NCBI GenBank assembly: GCA_016700135.1
Contig: CP065004.1
Location: 570,001-602,000, forward strand
Direction of reading: 5' to 3'
Source of the DNA: Candidatus Saccharimonadota bacterium
Lineage (GTDB): Bacteria; Patescibacteriota; Microgenomatia; UBA1406; GWC2-37-13
Length of the DNA: 32,000 bases
Every line of letters begins with the position of its first letter. Position 1 is the first letter of the stretch. The notes under the pieces are model-generated. The model ran no database searches. It was not told the origin of the DNA and saw only the letters and a program-made list of their open reading frames with translations. Both the position numbers and the translations under genes were made by a program. Of the stretch, positions 1 to 7,822 are shown one piece after another.

Positions 1-1
1 A

Positions 2-979
2 TGGGAACTGTCTTTACTGAGAGGTATGGGTGTGAAGGAGCTTCCCGTTTTTATTACGGAGACAGGCTGGAATGGTGATGTGATACCAAGAGACCAAATA
101 GCTGAAAATTTTCGCTATGCATATCAGCAGATCTGGCTGCGTGATGACCGGGTTGTTGCGGTGACGCCGTTTGTCCTGAATTATCAGGGAGAGCCTTTTC
201 TCAAATTTTCATGGGTACAGCTGAATAATGTTGGGGTATATCCCGAGTTTGAGACGGTACAAGATATGGAAAAACAACGAGGCAGGCCTGAAATCGACGA
301 AAAAGGCAGTATTGAGTTCGAACTTCCCCGGGAAATTGTCGAAAAATCAACGTATCATTTCCGTGTTGAGCTAAAAAATACCGGACAGGCAATCTGGAGT
401 GAAGAAAACGGGTATTCATTCATTTTACACGGTATCCCGAAAACACAGTATCTTGTGTCATCACTCGGTGAAATCAAACCGGATGATACCCGCCTTATTG
501 ATGTGTATTTCTCAACCGAGGAAGCAATCGGAGAATCACGGACGAAATTCGTTCTGAATAGAGATGACCAACCTGTTATTGAGAGCGGCAACTGGGATTA
601 TGAAGTAGTGCCGTTACCGTCACTTAGTATTGACGTATCGGTTTTTCCAAAACTTAAAACCACTGACGGTGATTTCGAAATACAGGTTTTTGACCAATAT
701 GAACAGATAGTTTTTAAGCAGAAAAATATCAAGGTGACTGACGGGGTAGGATATATCCCGAAAGTTGAGAACATTGCCTTAGGTGATACATACAGGGTTG
801 TATTGCTGAAAAAAAATTATCTTCCTCGACAGGAACATATCGTTTTCAAGAAGGGGAGTAATGAAATCGAATTTGAGAGGATGCTTCCGCTTGATTTTGA
901 TGGAGACGGTGCTTTTAGGTTCAAAGATATTCCTGCATTATTCAAAAACCTGAAGCTTCTCGGACTCTGGGCACCCTGA
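2..979 (+). CDS. 3' part of a secreted clan GH-A-like glycoside hydrolase (5' end off-window) with an Ig-like module and one dockerin-like Ca-loop
   Basis: The frame is open from position 2 with no upstream stop, so the gene is truncated by the window edge. 'PVFITETGW' resembles the nucleophile-Glu strand of TIM-barrel (clan A) glycosidases. The middle ('EFELPREIV..YHFRVELKNTGQAIW') looks like a beta-sandwich module. The C-terminal 'LDFDGDGAFRFKDIPALF' is an EF-hand/dockerin-like loop. Confidence 0.55.
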   Translation, partial: WELSLLRGMGVKELPVFITETGWNGDVIPRDQIAENFRYAYQQIWLRDDRVVAVTPFVLNYQGEPFLKFSWVQLNNVGVYPEFETVQDMEKQRGRPEIDEKGSIEFELPREIVEKSTYHFRVELKNTGQAIWSEENGYSFILHGIPKTQYLVSSLGEIKPDDTRLIDVYFSTEEAIGESRTKFVLNRDDQPVIESGNWDYEVVPLPSLSIDVSVFPKLKTTDGDFEIQVFDQYEQIVFKQKNIKVTDGVGYIPKVENIALGDTYRVVLLKKNYLPRQEHIVFKKGSNEIEFERMLPLDFDGDGAFRFKDIPALFKNLKLLGLWAP

Positions 980-1029
980 TAAGTCACTCTCCCCCGGGAA
1001 AAAGAGGGAAGAGAGGAGAGGTTTAAAAG

Positions 1030-1043
1030 ATTGTCATGACAAT
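1030..1043. promoter_or_regulatory. Perfect 14-bp palindrome ATTGTCATGACAAT in the long aclB upstream region (candidate operator)
   Basis: Read directly: positions 1030-1043 equal their own reverse complement. It lies in a 415-445 nt non-coding stretch. A palindrome of this length could occur by chance in 32 kb. Confidence 0.2.
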
Positions 1044-1424
1044 ATAAATCCTTTACAAGGTTATAAAAGGGAAGCAAAAAAGTACCTAAAAACGCGTCGT
1101 TTAATGTAATATTAGAGTGTTTTTTTGAAATTTTGACCTTGGCCGGAAATATTAATTTTTCTTCTAAATTTGTATTTTTTATAAAAATATTATTGTTTTT
1201 ATTCAAGATAAATTAATTTTTTCTTGACGGGGGAGAGGTTTTAGAATTTTATGGATTTGAAGAGAGGGTCTGAGGAAAGGGGGACGAAGATGGAAAGGAC
1301 TACTCTATCAGCCTGCCTTCTAATTTAGCTTATTATTAAGCCAAAATGCGAATGATATTCTCTGGCATATCGACTAAAATAGTAACCCGTAAGGGTGAGT
1401 ATTATTATTGATTCGAAATCTATT

Positions 1425-2618
1425 ATGTCACGTGTCAAGCTTACTGAATTTAAAGCAAAACAACTCCTTTTTCAAGAGTTAGGCAAAAATTATAAAGGAA
1501 TTGCAGTGACGAAAGAAGGTAAGTCTTACCGATTCTCCTCTTCTCTGTCCCAACTCTCTCCTAAAAAAGAGTACGCGGTAAAAGTAGATCAAGGAATCAA
1601 GGGCCGTATGAAAAAAGGGCTGGTGGCACTAAACGTTAAGAAATCGGATCTGCAGAATATATGTAACCTTTTTGCTCAGAAAGGCTTTACCCGATACCTT
1701 GTGGAAGAAATGCTGCCTCACGAGTCAGCTCAGGAAAAGTATATCTCACTTGAAAGAACCCGTGACGGAATTCTGGTGCGGTTTGCTGCTCAGGGCGGAA
1801 TTGATATTGAAAGTAATAAAGATAAGGTTCGGACTGTTGTGATAACTCATAATGCTCCTCTACCTGTACTGAAAGATCTTGGATTGAAGGCAGAAGAGTT
1901 TGAGGTAATGCGGGAATTATTCGAGAAAAATTATATTTCTTTCATGGAAATAAATCCGTTGGTCATCACTGAGTCAGGGATGCATGCTCTTGATTTAGCT
2001 GTTGAAGTGGATAGTACCGCTGAGTTTTTTGTTAAAAACGGGTGGACAGGTCAGGATGTTGTTGCTGAACAAACCAAATCTGAAGAAGAACAAAAAGTAA
2101 AAGAGCTGAATAGTAAAAGTCAGGCTGCTTTATCGTTTACTCTGTTGAATCAGGACGGATCGATTTGGTGTCTATTATCGGGAGGCGGTGCCAGTATTAC
2201 TCTTGCTGATGAGATTTACAATCTTGGCTATGGACAAGAGCTCGGGAATTACGGGGAGTACTCCGGTAATCCGAATCAGGAGGAAACCTATCTGTATACT
2301 ACATATGTTCTGCAGTCCATGCTGAAAAGTAACAATAAGAAGTTAGTATTGATTATCGGCGGCGGAGTTGCAAATTTTACCGATATCCGAACTACCTTTA
2401 AAGGAGTCCTTCAGGCTCTTGAGGAATATAGAACCCTGCTAAAAAAGCGCAATGTAAAGTTGTATGTTCGCCGCGGAGGTCCTCATCAGGAGGAAGGACT
2501 CGCAATGATTGAAAAGTGGTCACGGGAAAATAATTTGTATGGACATGTTTCAGGTCCGGAACTTCCCCTTCATGAAATTGTACGTCTTGCCGTTAAAACA
2601 TTACCAAAAAAGAAATAA
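1425..2618 (+). CDS. aclB: ATP-citrate lyase beta subunit (succinyl-CoA synthetase beta-like, ATP-grasp)
   Basis: The N-terminus 'MSRVKLTEFKAKQLLF' parallels the ACLY N-terminus (MSAKAISEQTGKELLYKF). At ~397 aa it matches the size of two-subunit AclB (~400 aa). aclA follows 2 nt downstream. The ORF track starts at GTG 1395; ATG 1425 fits homologs better. Confidence 0.8.
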   Translation: MSRVKLTEFKAKQLLFQELGKNYKGIAVTKEGKSYRFSSSLSQLSPKKEYAVKVDQGIKGRMKKGLVALNVKKSDLQNICNLFAQKGFTRYLVEEMLPHESAQEKYISLERTRDGILVRFAAQGGIDIESNKDKVRTVVITHNAPLPVLKDLGLKAEEFEVMRELFEKNYISFMEINPLVITESGMHALDLAVEVDSTAEFFVKNGWTGQDVVAEQTKSEEEQKVKELNSKSQAALSFTLLNQDGSIWCLLSGGGASITLADEIYNLGYGQELGNYGEYSGNPNQEETYLYTTYVLQSMLKSNNKKLVLIIGGGVANFTDIRTTFKGVLQALEEYRTLLKKRNVKLYVRRGGPHQEEGLAMIEKWSRENNLYGHVSGPELPLHEIVRLAVKTLPKKK

Positions 2619-2620
2619 GT

Positions 2621-4408
2621 ATGCTTGACCTCACCAAACTCAGAAATACTGATCATTCAATCATTGCTCTCGGTTCACATCCCGGGATCTTACAGTCAAT
2701 GATGGATTTTGATTATCTGTCAGGAAAACGCGTGCCCGACTTAAAGGCAATTGTTGCATCGGGTAAAAAGTATTTACGACTGTTTTGGGGCAGTCAGGAA
2801 GAAATGATACCGGTGTACGGAACGCTAGAAGATGTCCCTGAAAATATCAGAAACGATACTTCTCTGTTCCTGAATTTAACATCTGGAAGAAGATCAATGT
2901 CCTCTACTCTTGAGATTCTTACGGCACTACCCAATCTCATGGGCGGCACTCTCTTTGCAGAAAATATTCCGGAAAAAAATACTCTCGGTATTTATAATCA
3001 TATAAAGAAAAATCAGTTTGTTGTCGGTCCGGCATCTGTCGGACTGCTGATCCCGGGACATCTTAAACTCGGCGCAATAGGCGGGACTCAGGCAAAACAA
3101 CTACTGGGGGCAAACCTTTTCGAACAAGGCAAGGTTGCTGTGTTTTCATCATCCGGAGGCATGACCAATGAACTTATAAATCTGGTCACCGGAGCCGGTA
3201 AAGGGATTTCATTCAGTCTGTCATTCGGTGGTGATAGGTTTCCGCTGCTCACTCCGATAGATGCCTTTAGGGCTGCAGAAAAGGATAAAAACACTGAGGC
3301 GATAGTTTACTTCGGAGAGCTCGGAGGCTATGATGAGTATGATTTGGTTGAACTTATCAAGGCAAAGAAGATTACAAAAAAAATCATAACATATATCGGC
3401 GGGACGATCAGTGAAATGTTTGAGACGCCTCCCCAGTTTGGACATGCCAAGGCGATGGCCGCAAGGGGAGAGGAAACAGCGCAGGCAAAAACAGCTGCGT
3501 TAAAAGCTGTCGGAGTACATGCAACAAGTTCCTTTACGGAGTTTATCAAACTTGTCCAGTCTTTACCTGATACGAAGATGAATTCTAATAATGCACGTGA
3601 AAAAATGGCAAAAGGAATGTCACAGAGGAAAGCATCTTACTTTATTAACGGAATATCACACGATAAAGACGGTTCCGTTGAAATTGTCGGAAAAGATTTA
3701 CTATCTCTGGCCACAGAACACTCGTATGGATATGTTGTTGGATCAATGCTGTTGGGAAGACAGCTTAAATCCAAAAATACGGCCGAGTTTATTGATCTGG
3801 TGATGAAGCTGCTGGTTGACCATGGCCCGTATGTCTCAGGGGCCGTTAACACGATGATTTCAGCCCGTGCAGGCAAAGATCTGGTATCTTCTGTCGTATC
3901 CGGTCTGTTGACAATAGGACCGCGTTTTGGAGGTGCAATCAACCAGGCAGCGAAACACTGGCTTGAAGGTGTCGATACGCAGGTGTCACCTTACGATTAT
4001 GTCGAATCAATAGCAAAAAAAAGAGGCATTATTTCCGGCATAGGGCATAAAAAGTATCGTGTAGATGCGCCGGATCCGCGCGCGTCCTTGATACTCGAGT
4101 TTACCAAACAGATAAAACAGACATCCTATACAGATTTTGCAAAAGGGGTAGAAAAAATAACTACCGCAAAAAAAGGGAATCTTATTTTGAATGTAGATGG
4201 CGCGATTGCGGCAGTGCTGCTTGATTTGTTATCAGAAAAGGAAGGCCTCACGGTGCGGGAGTTACAGGAATTGATAGATGCTGAGTTCTTTAATGCTTTT
4301 TTTGTACTGTCACGTGCCGTTGGATTTACCGCACATTACCTGGATCAAAAGCGAAGAGATGAAGGATTGTTTAGATTGTCACCAAATGAAGTCGGGTTGA
4401 CAAAGTAA
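2621..4408 (+). CDS. aclA: ATP-citrate lyase alpha subunit (CoA-binding/SCS-alpha-like domain fused to a citrate-synthase-like citryl-CoA lyase domain)
   Basis: The phosphohistidine loop is 'PQFGHAKAM' (His codon 3443-3445; canonical GHAGA). The citrate-synthase signature is 'GIGHKKYRVDAPDPRA' (His codon 4046-4048). The C-terminal 'AHYLDQKRRDEGLFRL' closely mirrors ACLY 'GHYLDQKRLKQGLYRH'. At 595 aa it is close to the ~600 aa of AclA. Confidence 0.85.
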   Translation: MLDLTKLRNTDHSIIALGSHPGILQSMMDFDYLSGKRVPDLKAIVASGKKYLRLFWGSQEEMIPVYGTLEDVPENIRNDTSLFLNLTSGRRSMSSTLEILTALPNLMGGTLFAENIPEKNTLGIYNHIKKNQFVVGPASVGLLIPGHLKLGAIGGTQAKQLLGANLFEQGKVAVFSSSGGMTNELINLVTGAGKGISFSLSFGGDRFPLLTPIDAFRAAEKDKNTEAIVYFGELGGYDEYDLVELIKAKKITKKIITYIGGTISEMFETPPQFGHAKAMAARGEETAQAKTAALKAVGVHATSSFTEFIKLVQSLPDTKMNSNNAREKMAKGMSQRKASYFINGISHDKDGSVEIVGKDLLSLATEHSYGYVVGSMLLGRQLKSKNTAEFIDLVMKLLVDHGPYVSGAVNTMISARAGKDLVSSVVSGLLTIGPRFGGAINQAAKHWLEGVDTQVSPYDYVESIAKKRGIISGIGHKKYRVDAPDPRASLILEFTKQIKQTSYTDFAKGVEKITTAKKGNLILNVDGAIAAVLLDLLSEKEGLTVRELQELIDAEFFNAFFVLSRAVGFTAHYLDQKRRDEGLFRLSPNEVGLTK

Positions 4409-4445
4409 CTCTCTGAGATTATAATTCCAGTATTACTGAAAAACT

Positions 4446-4706
4446 ATGACAAGACTTGAAGTATTATCAGACTGTTGGGGAGCGCCTCCAAAGGAATATC
4501 CCGAAGATCTTCCGAGGTGTAATTATTGTTATGACGGGACTTGTGGGTCAGTATTTATTCATGTCCCAGCTGAAATTTATTCGGCTGTTATGTTCGGAGA
4601 AATGACTGTCGACCAACTTATTAAAGAGGGTTATCTATCGTCTTCGCCTCCACCGTGTGAGAAAACAGGAGCCAAAAGAATTCATACATCAACGACACTG
4701 GGATAA
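4446..4706 (+). CDS. Hypothetical small Cys-containing protein (86 aa)
   Basis: ORF only, with no recognisable motif. It does not share the start-proximal -10 architecture of neighbouring genes: the nearest TATAAT is 4420-4425, 20 nt upstream. Confidence 0.3.
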   Translation: MTRLEVLSDCWGAPPKEYPEDLPRCNYCYDGTCGSVFIHVPAEIYSAVMFGEMTVDQLIKEGYLSSSPPPCEKTGAKRIHTSTTLG

Positions 4707-4710
4707 AGAA

Positions 4711-6534
4711 TTATTCGTCGTATTTAAATGCAAGGGCATTAATAATGAGGGTATAATCCTGTGAGTCGACGACACCGTCAAAATTGATATCTCCGCGTGC
4801 GACAATATCAGGATCATTTCTACCGACAAAATTTCTCACATACGCGATATCCACCGCATCAACGATTCCGTTTTGAAGCGGTAGGTCACCTGAAAGCAAA
4901 ATAATATTGGTAAAGTCCAGTGTATTATCACCTTTTTTAAAGGTTATGTTTGAGTCTTTACAAAGATATGTTCCGCTGATGTTTTCACTGGGTGAATTGA
5001 CACAAACACGCTTCTGTATATGTTTCGGTCCCTTTATCAGGAACGAATATTTTTTATTTAGATAAATTTTCTCGTAGTTTGTATTAGCTACATATGCACC
5101 GTCAGCTTGAGGTGAGAACTCAACTTGTTTTGTATTTACAACCTTATTTCCCTCGACAAGCTTAATCTGAATAGAAACCGGTGAAGAGTTTTTAGGCTGA
5201 GATGTAATTCCCTGTAATTTTACTCGGAAATTCACGCCTACTTTATTTGCGCTGTCATCCGGGGTTTCCGTAGGATTTTTGTCCGGTGGGAGTGATACCT
5301 CATCAGGAGCCGGCGTGGTCTCGGACGGGAATGGGGAGTTATTATAGGAAAAACAGTATAATCTGTGCTCTTCAGTACAGCTTACACCATCGTATGATAC
5401 CCATGATTTATCTGTTGCATATAATGCGCCAATAATTGCTTTTCCTTCGTTTGAAGTCCAATTATTACAGCTGTTTTTTGTATCAGGATAAGGGTTTGTT
5501 GTCATATGAATGAGAGTACCGGTCCATGCATTAAGATCAGTAACACCTGAAGCAGGTGTTACTTTTGTATCGCTGGAGTTAGTGTCTGAAATAGCAAACA
5601 GGTTTTTACCTGTTTCATCCACGCCGATAGCAGATTGGATGCAATTTGTATCATTTCCATTACATGATCTTAACCGTTCAACATTTTCTGCGAGTAATTC
5701 ACCGTTAATTGTATAAATTGGAACATCAGTATGGTTAAATCTGTCAAATGCATTGCGGGAATATGTTTCTTCGGAGTTTGTTGTACTCAAAAATGCAAAC
5801 CAGTCGCCGTCAAGACCGGCATCGGCAGCATGCTTCATACAGATTGCATCAGCCCCTTCCAAGCCACCTAGAGAACTTGCAGTATATGAATCTGATGTAG
5901 CAAATCCTTTGTAGGTGTAAGGGGTCCCTTGCCCTTTTTCAACCGTGATATCTACTTTTTTAGGTTTGGGACCATCAAGTAGAGGGAAATAATTTCCCGC
6001 AGGGCCGGCAATATCAAAATTCCAACCCTCTACGGTGTCTGACTCAAATGTAATCTTTCCTTTACCTGCATCCTTTGTTGCAAAGAAAAGTCGTGCTACA
6101 CAGAATGCATTTTTTGGAAGATTTTCATCCGTTTTTTTGGATACACGTGTCAATATAATAGTATTGACATTATCCTGTCCGGATACATCCCGCACGTCAA
6201 CGGTTTCTTCAAGACCGTTGCACGATTCTACGATCTCAGATTTTGTTGTAGATTTATCGAAAACCAAGAGATTTCGCGGATACCGAATGAGAACTGTTGC
6301 TGCAGAAAGGGGTTGTATGCTTGTAGCATGAACATCTACGGTGACTTGTTGTACCTGACTTGTAGTTATTATGGAAGGCGTGAAATAAAACTCAACATTG
6401 TTTTCAATAGCTGCCCGCGAGCGTTCACTATAATCATAGAAAAACCCCAGAATTCCGACAGCAATAGCAATCCCCACAACAAGGAGTAAGACTTTTTTCA
6501 TTTTCGGCAAGAATGATGAGTGTTGTGTTTCCAT
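4711..6534 (-). CDS. Membrane-anchored/secreted modular protein: cohesin-like module + DUF1554-like (C-type-lectin-fold) module + Pro/Thr linker + beta-sandwich + duplicated-loop dockerin
   Basis: The N-terminal signal anchor is 'KKVLLLVVGIAIAVGILGFF'. The cohesin-like pattern is 'VTVDVHATSIQPLSAATVLIRYPRNLLVFD ... ARLFFATKDAGKGKITFES'. 'LGGLEGADAICMKHAADAGLDGDWFAFLS' matches the DUF1554 pattern. The C-terminus has two dockerin repeats, 'GDLPLQNGIVDAVDIAYVRNFVG' and 'GDINFDGVVDSQDYTLIINALA'. Confidence 0.75.
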   Translation of the reverse strand: METQHSSFLPKMKKVLLLVVGIAIAVGILGFFYDYSERSRAAIENNVEFYFTPSIITTSQVQQVTVDVHATSIQPLSAATVLIRYPRNLLVFDKSTTKSEIVESCNGLEETVDVRDVSGQDNVNTIILTRVSKKTDENLPKNAFCVARLFFATKDAGKGKITFESDTVEGWNFDIAGPAGNYFPLLDGPKPKKVDITVEKGQGTPYTYKGFATSDSYTASSLGGLEGADAICMKHAADAGLDGDWFAFLSTTNSEETYSRNAFDRFNHTDVPIYTINGELLAENVERLRSCNGNDTNCIQSAIGVDETGKNLFAISDTNSSDTKVTPASGVTDLNAWTGTLIHMTTNPYPDTKNSCNNWTSNEGKAIIGALYATDKSWVSYDGVSCTEEHRLYCFSYNNSPFPSETTPAPDEVSLPPDKNPTETPDDSANKVGVNFRVKLQGITSQPKNSSPVSIQIKLVEGNKVVNTKQVEFSPQADGAYVANTNYEKIYLNKKYSFLIKGPKHIQKRVCVNSPSENISGTYLCKDSNITFKKGDNTLDFTNIILLSGDLPLQNGIVDAVDIAYVRNFVGRNDPDIVARGDINFDGVVDSQDYTLIINALAFKYDE

Positions 6535-6536
6535 AG

Positions 6537-7757
6537 TTATTCGTCACGCTGACGTACTTCTTGATTTGTTCTCCAAATTTCAAAATCCTGGAGTGTCACT
6601 TTTTGATCATTACTAAAATCGGCATCTTTTGTGTTTCTTGTTCGGGTAAATTCACTTTTCCATATATCAAAGTCATCATTGTTTATATGACTATCACAGT
6701 TCGCATCTCCAAGATTTTTTTTCGGACATTCGTCAACAGTTTCGGTTGGTGAGGTTGTAGTTGTTGTTCCCGGTGTAATAGTAGTGTTTTTCCCTCCAAC
6801 AGTGAATGTAAAGGAATCGTAGGTGAGGATAGATGCTGGAATTGTAGCCTGGTAGCCTTCGGCAACCGATACCCTAACCTTATAAATTCCTGCAGGGAGA
6901 GGAGGAAGGGTTAGCGTCTGGGAAAAAGTATTCGTACCGGATGCCAGTTCAAACTCTTGATTTATTGATCCTAATTCATCATTGGCACCTGTCAGAGTTA
7001 ACTTAGCAACAGGGCTTCTTAATTTTTTACCGGAAACTGTCAACGTTCCTGACTGTCCTTCATTTAATGTAGATGGGGATAAAGAAGCTTTGTTTTGATA
7101 TGTTACCCAAAGATCATATAATACTGATGTATATGCTTTGCCGTTTATCTGAGATGTAATGGTCGGAAGAGATGCGTTTTTGGGTGTAGCGATTGCTTTA
7201 TATGTGTAGTTTGTTCCTTCCGTAAGCCCGCTACACTTATAAGCTTTCCTCGATGTAATTTCAGAGTCAGGTACACAATCCGTGACTTTTGTATTTGTGT
7301 TAGCCCGGTATGCAGCAATTTTCGGTGCGTTATATGTCGTTGGCAATTCATCGACTTCATTCAGACTTACGCGTGTGTAGTAGGCTGGTGCAGTTGGCGG
7401 ATCTCTAATAACCTGACAGCAGCTCGGAACAGTCGCGTTTCCATCGTAGATATCATCCATACAAGCGCGTTGATATACCAGGTTTTCTGTTGCACAGATT
7501 CCTAAAGCGTGCACAGGATCAGGAATAAGATTATCAATCAAAATACTGGACATAGAACAATTTAATCCACCTGAACAGGCAGTGTCTCCGTATTGGGGAT
7601 TACAAATTTGGCCGCAAGTCCGATTGGGAGGGACGGAAGTGGGAATTGGTGAGGCTGATGATTGAGCTTTAACAGGTGCGGGCATCTCTGCATGGGTCAG
7701 AAGGAGTAATGTTATGAAAAAAAATCCGAGTATGAGAAATAAATAATGCCTTTGCAT
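6537..7757 (-). CDS. Secreted Cys-rich protein with Ig-like middle region, Thr-rich linker and C-terminal dockerin
   Basis: The signal peptide is 'MQRHYLFLILGFFFITLLLLTHA'. A Cys-rich N-domain follows. The C-terminus carries two dockerin-like repeats, 'GDANCDSHINNDDFDIWKSEF' and 'ADFSNDQKVTLQDFEIWRTN'. I prefer ATG 7757 over the track's TTG 7796 because of the -10 box at 7768-7776. The stop lies 2 nt before the start of the next gene. Confidence 0.75.
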   Translation of the reverse strand: MQRHYLFLILGFFFITLLLLTHAEMPAPVKAQSSASPIPTSVPPNRTCGQICNPQYGDTACSGGLNCSMSSILIDNLIPDPVHALGICATENLVYQRACMDDIYDGNATVPSCCQVIRDPPTAPAYYTRVSLNEVDELPTTYNAPKIAAYRANTNTKVTDCVPDSEITSRKAYKCSGLTEGTNYTYKAIATPKNASLPTITSQINGKAYTSVLYDLWVTYQNKASLSPSTLNEGQSGTLTVSGKKLRSPVAKLTLTGANDELGSINQEFELASGTNTFSQTLTLPPLPAGIYKVRVSVAEGYQATIPASILTYDSFTFTVGGKNTTITPGTTTTTSPTETVDECPKKNLGDANCDSHINNDDFDIWKSEFTRTRNTKDADFSNDQKVTLQDFEIWRTNQEVRQRDE

Positions 7758-7767
7758 GTATGCTTTT

Positions 7768-7776
7768 ACTATAGCA
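7768..7776 (-). promoter_or_regulatory. Extended -10 promoter TGCTATAGT, 10 nt upstream of ATG 7757
   Basis: The minus strand reads gacTTGCTATAGTaaaagcatacATG. No GGAGG-like motif lies in between. Confidence 0.5.
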
Positions 7777-7801
7777 AGTCTTTCTGTAAACAGCAAGATA
7801 C

Positions 7802-7810
7802 TGTTATAAT
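7802..7810 (+). promoter_or_regulatory. Extended -10 promoter TGTTATAAT, 12 nt upstream of tgt ATG 7823
   Basis: The plus strand reads acTGTTATAATacttattccaatATG, with no Shine-Dalgarno. Confidence 0.5.
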
Positions 7811-7822
7811 ACTTATTCCAAT

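Noticed and set aside
817-1206. A 129-aa minus-strand ORF spans the end of the first gene and the aclB upstream region.
   Set aside because: Its 3' part overlaps the end of a well-supported + strand gene, and the rest runs through AT-rich and GA-rich non-coding sequence. I see no motifs.
1395-1424. I examined the track-proposed upstream start codons: GTG 1395 (aclB), TTG 7796, ATG 25148 (tatD), GTG 29425 (dut) and 31958.
   Set aside because: Each would add non-conserved N-terminal residues. In four of the five cases the extension overlaps or abuts the -10 box that fits the downstream ATG. For aclB, the ATG at 1425 matches the ACLY N-terminus.
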